Shown: positions 37,994 to 48,251 of the stretch, piece after piece
Layout of the letters: the number at the start of each line of letters is the position of its first letter
Numbering within the stretch: position 1 is the stretch's first letter
Assembly: GCA_963740355.1 (NCBI GenBank)
Contig: CAVUDW010000003.1
Coordinates: 96,001-160,000, forward strand
Length of the DNA stretch: 64,000 nucleotides
Direction of reading: 5' to 3'
From: an uncultured Gemmatimonadaceae bacterium
GTDB taxonomy: Bacteria; Gemmatimonadota; Gemmatimonadetes; Gemmatimonadales; Gemmatimonadaceae
The notes under the pieces: model-generated
Told to the model about the DNA's origin: nothing
What the model saw: the letters and a program-made list of their open reading frames with translations, nothing else
Database searches by the model: none
Translations under genes and position numbers: made by a program

Positions 37994-38143
37994 ATGCTCA
38001 ATACGATTGTCATCATCCTGGTCGTCCTTTGGCTGCTCGGCATGCTGAGCGCCTACACCATGGGCGGGTTGATCCACATCCTGCTGGTGGTCGCCATCGT
38101 CGTCGTGCTCGTCCGCGTGATTCAGGGACGGAAACCGATTTGA
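37994..38143 (+). CDS. lmo0937/DUF5670-family small membrane protein
   Basis: MLNTIVIILVVLWLLG...YTMGGLIHILLVVAIVVVL...GR matches the family pattern. Confidence 0.85.
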   Translation: MLNTIVIILVVLWLLGMLSAYTMGGLIHILLVVAIVVVLVRVIQGRKPI

Positions 38144-38234
38144 GGCAAGGGCACGCTGTGTCAGCACGGTATCGAGGGGCCCCACGGCCTGACCGGATTC
38201 GCGTGGCACTGAACGACATGTCGCTGCGTCGCAC

Positions 38235-41200
38235 ATGAGCACGCGAGCGGAGCGCTCCCGTGCCGAGGCGGCTGACGAACTCCTCACCGGACCAATCGTC
38301 GGTGAGCTGCTGGGTGCTGATCACCTGGCGGCGCGCGCTCGCGCGGTTGCGCGCGGGCAGCGTCTCGTCACGACCCAGACGCCGTTACGGCCCGCACGCC
38401 TGCTGGCGCGCCTGGCCGATACACGACGCATCCTGACCGATGCGCAGGCAAGGCTGATCAGCGCCGCCGCCGCCGGAGTGGATGCCGGGCCAGCCGCAGA
38501 ATGGCTGCTCGACAACTACTACGTGGTGCAGGAGCACCTCCAGGAAGTGCGCGCCAGCCTTCCCGGAGGCTACTACCGTGAATTGCCGGAGCTGGCCACA
38601 GGTCCGCTCACAGGCTATCCGCGCGTCTACGAAATGGCGATCTCGCTCATTTCGCACACGGAAGCACGCGTCGACCTCGAGAATGTCGACCTGTATGTCG
38701 AGTCGTTCCAGAGTGTGACACCGCTCTCGCTTGGTGAGCTCTGGGCGATGCCGGCGATGCTGCGCCTGGGCCTGATCGAAAGCGTGCGGCGGATGACGCT
38801 GCGAACGATGCAGCGGCTCGATGAAATCGGGCTCGCGACGCTCTGGTCGGACCGCATCCTGGACGCCAGTGCACGCGGGGGCACCCCGCTGCGTGAAGCG
38901 CTGCGCGAGTTCGCCGACGCCGAACATGAACTGACGCCGCACTTCGTCTCCCGCTTCCTGCAGCTGCTGCGCCAGACCGAGGGTGCATCACCGCCGCTGG
39001 CCTGGCTCGAGCACTGGATGCGGGACGCCGGTGTCAGTCCGGAGACCGCGGTCGCACAGTCGACCCATCGTGTGACGCTGACGCAGATCATGATGGCCAA
39101 CAGCATCACGAGCCTGCGGGACATCGGACGCCGGGACTGGCGGATCTTCGTCGAGAAGCAGAGCGTGATGGAGACGGTGCTGCAGACCGATCCGTCGGGC
39201 CACTATCCGGTGATGACGTTCGCGACACGCGATCGCTATCGGCATGTGGTCGAGCGGATCGCGAAGAAGACCGGGCACCGTGAGACCTCCGTGGCGCAGT
39301 GGGCGATCGATCTCGCCCGCAGCCCAGTGTCTGATGCGAACGCACCGCTGGCGGATGTCCGCACACATGTCGGCTATTTCCTGATCGATGCCGGCGTCAC
39401 GGAGCTCGAGCGCGTCGCCGGGTATACGCCAACGCTGGGCGAGCGCATCGAACGCGCCGTGCACACCTACCCGAACGTGGTCTTTCTGGGTGGGCTGGGC
39501 ACGCTGGTGCTGCTCGCCACATCGTTCGTCCTGCTGCTGGTCGAACCGGATGCGCGGGAATCGATCTGGCTGCTGTTGCTGCTGGCCTTCCTGCCGGCAC
39601 TCGACATCGCAGTCACGATCCTCAATCAGCTCGTGACGGCCTTGCTGCCGCCGGATACGCTGCCGCGCCTCGACCTGTATACCAACGGCGTGCCCGCCGC
39701 GTACCGCACCGCGGTGGTCATTCCGACGTTGTTCGGCAGTGTGGGTGACGTGCACGACGCACTCGAGACCCTCGAAGTCCAGTTCCTCGCCAATCGCGAG
39801 GCGCACCTGCACTTTGCAATCCTCAGCGATTTCACCGACGCGGTGACGGAGACGACGGCGGCAGACGATGCCATCCTCGACGCCGCCCTCACCGGGATCC
39901 AGGAGCTGAACGATCGCCATGTGCACGAGCGGCACGTCGATGATGGCATCGGCCCCTTCCATCTCCTGCATCGTCCCCGGAAGTGGAATGCCCACGAAGG
40001 GGTGTGGATGGGCTGGGAGCGGAAGCGCGGCAAGCTGTCCGACTTCAATCGACTGGTGCGCGGCGAGTCGCTGAGCGCCTTCACGGTGATCGCTGGTGAC
40101 ACGAACGCCCTGATGGGTGTGAAGTACGTCATCACGCTCGACTCTGACACGGTGTTGCCGCCGGATGCGGCACCGTCACTGGTCGGCGCGATGGCGCATC
40201 CACTCAACCGAGCCGTCTACGACGCAAAGCGTGGCATGGTGCGCGGGTACGGCATCCTGCAGCCACGCGTGAGTGTGTCGCTTCCCAGTGCGCACCGTTC
40301 ACGTTTTGCGGCCATCGCCTCGGGCCATCCGGGTGTGGACCCGTATTCGACGGCCGTTTCGGATGTCTACCAGGACTTGTACGGCGAGGGCACGTTCACC
40401 GGCAAGGGGATCTACGACGTCGATGCGTTTCAGGTGGCAACGCACGGCCGCTTCCCCGAGAACACGCTGCTGTCGCACGACCTGATCGAGGGGAACTACG
40501 CGCGCGCCGGGCTCGCGACCGACGTGATCGTCTATGACGACTATCCGACGACCTATGTCGCGGCGACGCGGCGCAAGCACCGATGGATTCGAGGAGACTG
40601 GCAGTTGCTGCCGTGGCTCAGTCGCACGGTGCCCGGCCCGGACGGACCGGAGCGCAACCGGCTCTCGCTGGTGTCGCAGTGGAAGATCGTCGACAACCTG
40701 CGCCGCAGCACGGTCGAAATTGCACAGCTGATCTTTCTGGTGGGTGGCTGGACCCTGTTGCCCGGCTCCGCACTGCGCTGGACGCTTCTGGGCCTGGGTG
40801 CCATCGTCGCACCGTGGGTCACGGCACTGATCATCGCCGTGCTCAGGCCACCGCTCGACAAGTCATGGCGCGCGTACTACGAGGCGGTGGCGCAAGACGC
40901 CGTGGTGAGCCTCGAGCAAGCGCTGATTGCGATCCTCACCCTCCCGCATCAGGCGCTGGTGTCGGCCGATGCAATCTTTCGCACGCTGTATCGCCTGCTG
41001 GTCTCGCATCGGAAGATGCTGGAGTGGCAGTCGGCATCGTTGGTCGAGAAGTCGCTGACCGACATCAGTGCCATCACCCACCGTGCGATGCGCGCGAGTG
41101 TGCTGCTTTCCGGTTTCGGCATGCTGATGGTCGCAGCCAATGCGATTCGGCGCCAGCAGCAGCTCGGCTTGCCGCTGAGTGGGCTGGAAATGACGGCGTT

Positions 41201-44200
41201 CGTGGTTGGTGTGCTGACGATCTGCTGGCTGGTGGCGCCGCGTGTGATGGTGGCATTGAGTCGTCCATCGAGTGCCGCACGCCGCGTCCTGAGCAGCGGT
41301 GCCCGTGACGCAGCGATGCGCTACGCAGCACTCCACTGGCAGTACTTCGACACGTTCGTGACCGCCGAGACACACTGGCTCGCTCCCGACAACTTCCAGG
41401 CCGACCCGGACCCTGTCGTCGCGATGCGGACGTCGCCGACGAACATCGGATTGCAGTTACTGGCCACGGTGTGCGCGTACGACCTTGCCTTGATCAGCGC
41501 GTTGGAGATGACGAGTCGCCTCGAGCGCACCTTCGCCACCATGGCGTCGTTGCGGCGGTACCGCGGGCACTTTTACAACTGGTACGACCTCACGGACCTG
41601 CATGTACTGGAGCCGCCCTACATCAGTACGGTCGACAGCGGGAACATGGCCGGGCACCTGGTCGCGTTGCGGCAGGCGTGCCTTGCCATCGCTGGCGCCG
41701 AAGATGCCGTCCGCGAACGGCTGCATGCGCTGGCGAATGCCGCATACCAGTATGTCGTCGAGATGGAGTTCGGGTTCCTCTACGAGCCTGGGCGCAAGCT
41801 GTTCACGATCGGGTATCACCCGGAGTCGTTCACGCCGGACGACTCGTACTACGACCTGCTGGCGTCGGAGGCTCGCCTCGCAAGCTTCATCGCCATCGCT
41901 CGCAACGACGTGCCGCTGGAGCACTGGTTCCGCCTCTCGCGCAGCCTGAGCCGAACGGCTGGGTCGACGGCGCTGGTGTCGTGGAGCGGGAGCATGTTCG
42001 AGTACCTGATGCCGGTCCTGGTGATGCGGTCCCTGCCCTACACGCTGCTGGCGCAGACGTACGACGGCGTGGTCGAGCGTCACATGGCGTATGCGCGCAC
42101 GCGCAACGTGCCGTGGGGCGTGAGCGAAAGTGCGTACAACTTCCGAGATCGTCACCAGACGTACCAGTACCGCGCCTTCGGCATTCCGGACCTCGCGCTG
42201 AAGCGTGGCCTGGGGCGTGACCTCGTGGTCGCTCCATACGCCACGGCACTCGCCGCACAGGTGGATCCGACGCGCGCGATGAACAACCTCCGCACGCTCG
42301 AGGCGATGGGTGCCCTCGGTGAATACGGATTCTGTGATGCGATCGACTACACACGTCCACCCCAGGGTGGCCGGGTGGCCTTCGTGCGAGCGTACTTCGC
42401 CCACCACGTCGGCATGTCCCTCGTCTCGCTCACGAATGTGCTGATGAAGGACACGTGGCAGGACCGATTCCACGCTGACCCGCTGGTAAAGTCCGTCGAG
42501 CTGCTGCTGCATGAGCGCGTGCCGCGGCGCCTCATCCTGCAGGAGGCGCAATCGGCCCAACCCGACGAGGCGCGCCCGTCGCCCGAGACCGATCGCCCGG
42601 TGGTGCGCGAAGTGAACACGATGGTGCCATCGGCGCCACGTATCGCACTCCTCGGTTCAGTGCCGTACACCGTGATGCTCAATCACAACGGCAGCGGATT
42701 CAGCCGTTACGAGAACATCGCCGTCACACGCTGGCGTGCCGACAGCACGCTCGACGACACCGGCCAGTTCTGCTACATCAACGACATCACCGCCGGCCGC
42801 ATCTGGTCGGCCGCGCATCAGCCGATTGGTGCGCCGGCCGACTCGAGCCGTGCGTGGCTCGCCTCCGATCGCGTCACGCTTCATCGCGTTGACGGTGACA
42901 TCGAGACGCGGACCGAGATCACCGTCGTTCCCGCCGACAGCGCCGAGGTGCGGCGCGTCACGCTCACGAACACCGGGAGTGAGCCGCACGAGATCGAGCT
43001 GACGAGCTACGGTGAGGTCGCGATGACGACGCAGGGTGCCGACCTCGCACATCCGGCGTTCTCCAACCTGTTCGTCGAGACGGAATGGCATGGCTGGTGC
43101 ACTGCCATCACCGCCACCCGGCGTCCACGGATGCCGGACGACCTGCAGCTCTGGTGTGTGCACGTGGTGGATTCTGGCCGCGAGCGAATCGGTGCGGTGA
43201 CCTGTGAGACGGATCGAGCCCGATTCATTGGGCGAGGCAATACGGTTCGCGATCCTTCCGCGATGACCACCGCCGGTGAGCTCTCTGGAACCACAGGCCC
43301 GGTGCTCGACCCGATCTTCGCCCTCCGAACACGCGTCAGCGTCGCACCGGGACAATCGGTGAGCGTGGCATTCACCACGCTCGTCGCCACCACCCGTCAG
43401 GCGGCCTTCGAGTTGGCGGGCCGCTATCACGATTCACACGCAGCGCAGCGCGCCCTCGATTTCGCCTGGACGGCGACACAGGTCGAGTTGCAGGCCCTCG
43501 GCATCACGCCATCCAACGGCGCCGTCTTCCAGGAGCTTGCCAGCCAGCTGTTGTTCCTCGGCGGATCGCTTGCGCCACCGCACGATGAACTGCGACGCAG
43601 CCGCGGGTCACAGCCCCTGCTCTGGGCGCACGGCATCTCCGGCGACAACGCGATCGTCCTCGCGACGATCGATTCCATCGATGGCTTGCCGACCTTGCGC
43701 GAACTCTTTGCCGCGCACCGCTACTGGCGGCGACGCGGGCTCACCGTCGACCTCGTCGTGGTCAACTGCCATCAGGCCGACTACCTCCAGGAATTGCGGG
43801 ACGGGATCACGGAAGCGATGGTCGCAGCCAATGATGCGTCCCTCATGGATCGGCCGGGTGGCGTGTTCATCCGCCGCCGCGAGCTGTTTCTGGCGGACGA
43901 CTTCCTGATGTTGTCCGCCACCTCCCGCGTCCATGTGACCTGCGACGGCCGGTCGTTGACGCGCGTTCTGGCAAGCGCCGATACCTTCGCCGCCGATGAA
44001 GCGACGGGGGCCCTGTCGACCGCTGTAGCCCGCGCCGCTGATCGCGTCACACCGGCGCAGGTCGTGGTCATCGATCGCAGCGGACCACTGGCCACACTCG
44101 TCTCCGCGCTTCGTCCGCTGGTGGCGCCGCTGATTCCACGTGCCCCACGCCAGCGGCATCGCGCCGCCACTGTCGTCAGCAATGACCCGCCGCTCCAATT

Positions 44201-46601
44201 CGGTAATGGCATCGGCGGACTGGATGCGAACAACGACTACCGGATCGACGTCGACGACTCACGCCTCCCACCTGCACCGTGGGCAAACGTGATTGCGAAT
44301 GCAGCCGGGGGTTTCCTCGTCACGGAGCGTGGCGCTGGCTGCACATGGGCAGAGAACGCGTATTTCTATCGGCTGACGCCCTGGCACAACGATCCCGTCT
44401 CCGATCCGGTCAGCGACGCGATCTATCTGCAGGACGACGACACGGAAGATCTCTGGTCCGCGACGCCGGCCCCGGTCGACGGCGATGGCCCGTACCGCGT
44501 GACGCATGCGCCAGGTTGCTCCACATTCGAGCACGAGCATGATGGCATCCGCACCGAACTGCGACTGGGCGTCCCGACGCGCGAGGCCGTCAAGCTGTCA
44601 GCGCTGCGGATCACGAACCTGACGGCGCGTACGCGTCGCCTGACCGTCACTGCGTACGCGGAGTGGACGCTTGGTGCGCGTCGCGACGAGTCGCAGTATC
44701 ACGTCCGGACGCGGTTCGCGGCCGAGCATCAGGCGGTCTTTGCGCAGAACCTGTTCGATCCGCTGTTTGCGGAGTGGACTGCGTTCCTTGCCACCAGTGA
44801 GGCGGTCAGCAGCTTCACGACCGACCGGTTGTCCTTTCTCGGCCGCAACGGCCACGTGGGCGCGCCGGCGGGGTTGCGTGAACGCGGGCTCGACGGGAGT
44901 GCCGGTGTGGGTCTCGACCCATGCGCGGCCCTCCAGATGACCATCACGCTTGCTGCTGGTGAGTCACGAGACGTCAGCATCCTGCTGGGCGCTGCCAGGA
45001 CGCACGCTGAGGCGCGCACGACCCTCGAGAGGCTTCGGCCGGCCGCGCAATCGCAGGCCGCGATTTCGGATGCCGTCACGGAGTGGAAGACGCGGCTCGG
45101 CGTGATCACGGTGTCCACGCCGGATGCCGCGTTCGACGCCATGCTCAACAAATGGTCGCTGTATCAGGCCCTCTCCTGCCGGATGTGGGCCCGCATGGGC
45201 CTGTACCAGAGCAGTGGGGCGTACGGTTTCCGCGATCAGCTGCAGGACACGATGGCCTTCGTCTATGCCGAGCCAGCCATCGCGCGAGAGCATATCCTGC
45301 GTGCGGCGGCCCGACAGTTCGAGGAAGGCGATGTCCAGCACTGGTGGCACGCCCACAGCGGACGCGGCGTGCGGACGCGCTTTTCCGACGATCTGGCCTG
45401 GCTGCCATTCGTGGTCGAACGGTATGTGACCGTCACCGGTGACCTGAGCGTACTCGACGAGTACGTGCCGTTCATCACCATGCGCCAGCTGGCACCACAC
45501 GAGCATGAGCTGTACGACCTTCCGACGGTGACCGACGAGCATGGCAGCATTTACGAACACTGTCGCCGTGCCCTGCGCCGTGCCTGCACGTTCGGTCCAC
45601 ATGGATTGCCGCTGATCGGCACCGGCGACTGGAACGACGGCATGAGCCGCGTCGGTGCCGACGGCAAGGGCGAAAGTGTCTGGCTGGCGTGGTTCCTGAT
45701 CAAGACGATGCGGAGTTTCGCCTTGCTGGCCGACGCCCGCGCCGACACGGCCGAGGCGGAGTTCATGCGAACGATGAGCGACCGCTACGCTGCAGCGGTC
45801 GAGGTGAGCGGCTGGGACGGTGGCTGGTATCGTCGCGCCTATTACGACAATGGACAGCCGATCGGCTCAGCCACGAGCGACGAGTGCAAGATCGACTCGA
45901 TCGCACAAAGCTGGAGCGTGATTTCCGGCGCAGCACCCGAGGCACGTCAGGCGCAGGCGATGAGCGCGATGGACGAACAACTGGTGCGGGACGACGATCG
46001 CCTGATCGTATTGCTCACGCCGCCATTCGATGGGACGACCAACGATCCAGGCTACATCCGTGGCTACCTGCCAGGGGTGCGTGAGAATGGTGGGCAGTAC
46101 ACACACGCGGCGCTGTGGGCCGTGCTTGCGACGGCGATGCGTGGCGATGGTGATCGCGCCTTCGAGCTGTTCCAGATGCTCAACCCTCTCACGCACTCAG
46201 CCACACCAGAGGCGGTCGCGAAGTACAAGGTCGAGCCGTATGTGATTGCGGCTGACGTGTACACATCACCATCTCATGTGGGCCGCGGCGGCTGGACTTG
46301 GTACACGGGCTCGGCGAGCTGGATGTATCGTGTTGGCCTGGAAGCCATTCTGGGCTTCGAGAAGGTTGGTGACACGCTTCGGTTCGCGCCGTCGGTGCCA
46401 GCCGATTGGCCCGCCTACAAGCTGACATATCGGTATGGCCGCACGTCGTATGAAATCGAGGTCCGATCGCCCGCACGTGTGAAGGCACACGGGGCACGGA
46501 TCTCCGTAGGCGGAGTGAGGGTCGCCGGGAATGCCATCCGGCTCGTCGACGACGGGCAGTCACGTACCGTGATCGTGGAGCCTGAAACCAGCACGTCCTG
46601 A
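38235..46601 (+). CDS. ndvB: Cyclic beta-1,2-glucan synthase (Cgs/NdvB; GT84 plus GH94)
   Basis: 2788 aa; EWLLDN, WMGWERKRGKL, LLSHDLIEG, RWIRGDWQ, YDLLASEARL, YQSSGAYGFRDQLQD, DWNDG and RENGGQYTHA. Confidence 0.92.
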   Translation: MSTRAERSRAEAADELLTGPIVGELLGADHLAARARAVARGQRLVTTQTPLRPARLLARLADTRRILTDAQARLISAAAAGVDAGPAAEWLLDNYYVVQEHLQEVRASLPGGYYRELPELATGPLTGYPRVYEMAISLISHTEARVDLENVDLYVESFQSVTPLSLGELWAMPAMLRLGLIESVRRMTLRTMQRLDEIGLATLWSDRILDASARGGTPLREALREFADAEHELTPHFVSRFLQLLRQTEGASPPLAWLEHWMRDAGVSPETAVAQSTHRVTLTQIMMANSITSLRDIGRRDWRIFVEKQSVMETVLQTDPSGHYPVMTFATRDRYRHVVERIAKKTGHRETSVAQWAIDLARSPVSDANAPLADVRTHVGYFLIDAGVTELERVAGYTPTLGERIERAVHTYPNVVFLGGLGTLVLLATSFVLLLVEPDARESIWLLLLLAFLPALDIAVTILNQLVTALLPPDTLPRLDLYTNGVPAAYRTAVVIPTLFGSVGDVHDALETLEVQFLANREAHLHFAILSDFTDAVTETTAADDAILDAALTGIQELNDRHVHERHVDDGIGPFHLLHRPRKWNAHEGVWMGWERKRGKLSDFNRLVRGESLSAFTVIAGDTNALMGVKYVITLDSDTVLPPDAAPSLVGAMAHPLNRAVYDAKRGMVRGYGILQPRVSVSLPSAHRSRFAAIASGHPGVDPYSTAVSDVYQDLYGEGTFTGKGIYDVDAFQVATHGRFPENTLLSHDLIEGNYARAGLATDVIVYDDYPTTYVAATRRKHRWIRGDWQLLPWLSRTVPGPDGPERNRLSLVSQWKIVDNLRRSTVEIAQLIFLVGGWTLLPGSALRWTLLGLGAIVAPWVTALIIAVLRPPLDKSWRAYYEAVAQDAVVSLEQALIAILTLPHQALVSADAIFRTLYRLLVSHRKMLEWQSASLVEKSLTDISAITHRAMRASVLLSGFGMLMVAANAIRRQQQLGLPLSGLEMTAFVVGVLTICWLVAPRVMVALSRPSSAARRVLSSGARDAAMRYAALHWQYFDTFVTAETHWLAPDNFQADPDPVVAMRTSPTNIGLQLLATVCAYDLALISALEMTSRLERTFATMASLRRYRGHFYNWYDLTDLHVLEPPYISTVDSGNMAGHLVALRQACLAIAGAEDAVRERLHALANAAYQYVVEMEFGFLYEPGRKLFTIGYHPESFTPDDSYYDLLASEARLASFIAIARNDVPLEHWFRLSRSLSRTAGSTALVSWSGSMFEYLMPVLVMRSLPYTLLAQTYDGVVERHMAYARTRNVPWGVSESAYNFRDRHQTYQYRAFGIPDLALKRGLGRDLVVAPYATALAAQVDPTRAMNNLRTLEAMGALGEYGFCDAIDYTRPPQGGRVAFVRAYFAHHVGMSLVSLTNVLMKDTWQDRFHADPLVKSVELLLHERVPRRLILQEAQSAQPDEARPSPETDRPVVREVNTMVPSAPRIALLGSVPYTVMLNHNGSGFSRYENIAVTRWRADSTLDDTGQFCYINDITAGRIWSAAHQPIGAPADSSRAWLASDRVTLHRVDGDIETRTEITVVPADSAEVRRVTLTNTGSEPHEIELTSYGEVAMTTQGADLAHPAFSNLFVETEWHGWCTAITATRRPRMPDDLQLWCVHVVDSGRERIGAVTCETDRARFIGRGNTVRDPSAMTTAGELSGTTGPVLDPIFALRTRVSVAPGQSVSVAFTTLVATTRQAAFELAGRYHDSHAAQRALDFAWTATQVELQALGITPSNGAVFQELASQLLFLGGSLAPPHDELRRSRGSQPLLWAHGISGDNAIVLATIDSIDGLPTLRELFAAHRYWRRRGLTVDLVVVNCHQADYLQELRDGITEAMVAANDASLMDRPGGVFIRRRELFLADDFLMLSATSRVHVTCDGRSLTRVLASADTFAADEATGALSTAVARAADRVTPAQVVVIDRSGPLATLVSALRPLVAPLIPRAPRQRHRAATVVSNDPPLQFGNGIGGLDANNDYRIDVDDSRLPPAPWANVIANAAGGFLVTERGAGCTWAENAYFYRLTPWHNDPVSDPVSDAIYLQDDDTEDLWSATPAPVDGDGPYRVTHAPGCSTFEHEHDGIRTELRLGVPTREAVKLSALRITNLTARTRRLTVTAYAEWTLGARRDESQYHVRTRFAAEHQAVFAQNLFDPLFAEWTAFLATSEAVSSFTTDRLSFLGRNGHVGAPAGLRERGLDGSAGVGLDPCAALQMTITLAAGESRDVSILLGAARTHAEARTTLERLRPAAQSQAAISDAVTEWKTRLGVITVSTPDAAFDAMLNKWSLYQALSCRMWARMGLYQSSGAYGFRDQLQDTMAFVYAEPAIAREHILRAAARQFEEGDVQHWWHAHSGRGVRTRFSDDLAWLPFVVERYVTVTGDLSVLDEYVPFITMRQLAPHEHELYDLPTVTDEHGSIYEHCRRALRRACTFGPHGLPLIGTGDWNDGMSRVGADGKGESVWLAWFLIKTMRSFALLADARADTAEAEFMRTMSDRYAAAVEVSGWDGGWYRRAYYDNGQPIGSATSDECKIDSIAQSWSVISGAAPEARQAQAMSAMDEQLVRDDDRLIVLLTPPFDGTTNDPGYIRGYLPGVRENGGQYTHAALWAVLATAMRGDGDRAFELFQMLNPLTHSATPEAVAKYKVEPYVIAADVYTSPSHVGRGGWTWYTGSASWMYRVGLEAILGFEKVGDTLRFAPSVPADWPAYKLTYRYGRTSYEIEVRSPARVKAHGARISVGGVRVAGNAIRLVDDGQSRTVIVEPETSTS

Positions 46602-46640
46602 CGTCGTAGTGGAGGAAGAATCCACTATCTGCATGAGGAC

Positions 46641-47174
46641 GTGCTCGTGTTGCTTCTGACAAATACTCGCCGCGTTGCCTCGACACTGGCCGTTGCCGCC
46701 ATGACGGGGATGACTGCCTGTGGTGCGGATGGCACGACGGCCCCACGCCCGGTGCCAGTCGAGGATGGTCGCCTGACGCTGTCACAGGTTGGCGCCCAGA
46801 AGATTCCTGTGATGGTTGATGAGTTCAGCGTTGATTCCGGCGACGCGGCGCTGCGATACGAGACGTGGGTCGAAGGTGGCGAGCTCACCCTCACCTCGGT
46901 CGGTACGCCGCGTTATGAACTGAATGTGCGATACGCGACGTACGGCGTCACGTTCGTGGATGGCCAGAAGGTGCTGCGGTTGATTGGCACATCCCGCGAA
47001 CGCGACCACGGTCAGGTGCAGCATGACTCCCGGGGGGAGATGGTGCTGACGTCTGACTACATCGCACCGCTGGTGCACACGGCGAGTCCAGTGACGGGCG
47101 GTGTCCGCATGGCGTATCGCGTTCCCGGCGACGACGTGATCCGCGACCTCTTCTACCGTCGCGAGCCGGACTGA
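46641..47174 (+). CDS. Hypothetical lipoprotein
   Basis: Lipobox-like MTAC after a hydrophobic stretch; beta-rich body. Confidence 0.6.
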   Translation: MLVLLLTNTRRVASTLAVAAMTGMTACGADGTTAPRPVPVEDGRLTLSQVGAQKIPVMVDEFSVDSGDAALRYETWVEGGELTLTSVGTPRYELNVRYATYGVTFVDGQKVLRLIGTSRERDHGQVQHDSRGEMVLTSDYIAPLVHTASPVTGGVRMAYRVPGDDVIRDLFYRREPD

Positions 47175-47209
47175 CACGTTCTCGAAGCGCAGCCAGCATG
47201 ATCCCGTTC

Positions 47210-47246
47210 GATGATGATGATGATGATGATGGTGATGATAATGATG
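47210..47246. repeat. Imperfect (GAT)n trinucleotide microsatellite
   Basis: GAT x7, GGT, GAT x2, AAT, GAT. Confidence 0.9.
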
Positions 47247-47281
47247 GCGCCCTGAGCGACTTCTAGCTCGCGGCATGTCCA

Positions 47282-47333
47282 GCAACGAAGGCCGGCCAGT
47301 CTCAGGAAATCGAGACTGGCCGGCCTTCATTGC
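47282..47333. terminator. Strong hairpin between the convergent lipoprotein and BLUF genes
   Basis: Perfect 17-bp stem GAAGGCCGGCCAGTCTC / GAGACTGGCCGGCCTTC, extendable with a G-U pair on the minus strand. Confidence 0.75.
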
Positions 47334-47386
47334 ATCAGGTGTGCGCGATCGTCGCACACACCATGATCGCCTTCTCCTGCGCGGCG

Positions 47387-47854
47387 CTAGCCGACGGTCT
47401 TCATCTCCCCAGACAAGCGCAGATCCTTTCGCCGTTCCACCTCGGCAAGCTCCGTCAGGAACGACAACGCCTGGCCGGCCGACATGGTCCATGGCTCGAA
47501 CGCCTGCATGCCCGAATGCCGCATCACCAACTCACGTCGCTGCGGCGTGTAGGCCTCATCGAAGCTGATCATCTTCATCGACCAATCGATGAAGCTCCGC
47601 ATGTCGATCGGGGTGCAGCTGAGAATCTCGGTATCGTGGTGTCGAGTGTCACGCACGATCCGGTTGTACAGCTGGTTGACGTGCACCCGGCGTCCCTCGA
47701 TGGCCTGCAGGAACGCGCCACCGCTGAAGCACAGAATTCCACTGATGCCGTTCGGCGTATTGAACGCCTTGGCCGACGCGCGAATCTGCCGGTAGTCATC
47801 GAGACTGAACCCGGGACGGGCGACGCTGGCGTAGATGAGTCGTATGATCTGCAT
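47387..47854 (-). CDS. Stand-alone BLUF-domain blue-light photoreceptor
   Basis: LIYAS (Tyr), N...ISGIL, FLQAIEG (Gln), RIVRDTRH and RSFIDWSM (Trp/Met); short C-terminal cap and no output domain. Confidence 0.92.
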   Translation of the reverse strand: MQIIRLIYASVARPGFSLDDYRQIRASAKAFNTPNGISGILCFSGGAFLQAIEGRRVHVNQLYNRIVRDTRHHDTEILSCTPIDMRSFIDWSMKMISFDEAYTPQRRELVMRHSGMQAFEPWTMSAGQALSFLTELAEVERRKDLRLSGEMKTVG

Positions 47855-48251
47855 GCCTCGCAGTCTCGGTAGGCATTGGCATCAGGTTGAGTCTTGGTCA
47901 CGGCACGGCACGCCAGTCCTACCAGGATCCTGCATCGTTCATCGATAGCAGGGATCCTTGCAATTGGCACACGAGTCCATCGCGACGATTGCGGCGCATG
48001 TTTCTCGACGATCGGATATTCGGACCGGCTAGTCTCAAGAATGGCACCAAGATGAAGAGCAGCTCAGAAAACACGGGGATTCCCCTACAAACATGGCCGA
48101 TTCTGGCCTGTTTCGCACGCAAGATTGGAACGCCGCAACTCATTAAATGCCATACACATAAAGGCGTTACAGCTTCACCTGACAACTGCCGAGCATTGCA
48201 GGAACAGCGGACGATTCCGAGGCACATCCCGCTCCTCACTTCCTCACGAAG

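Noticed and set aside
46782..47492. 236-aa minus-strand ORF containing a poly-His run
   Set aside because: It is antisense to the lipoprotein gene, crosses the terminator hairpin and overlaps BLUF out of frame; the His run is simply the microsatellite
47960..48140. TGGCAC hexamers upstream of cheA as sigma54 promoters
   Set aside because: No GC at the required -12 spacing
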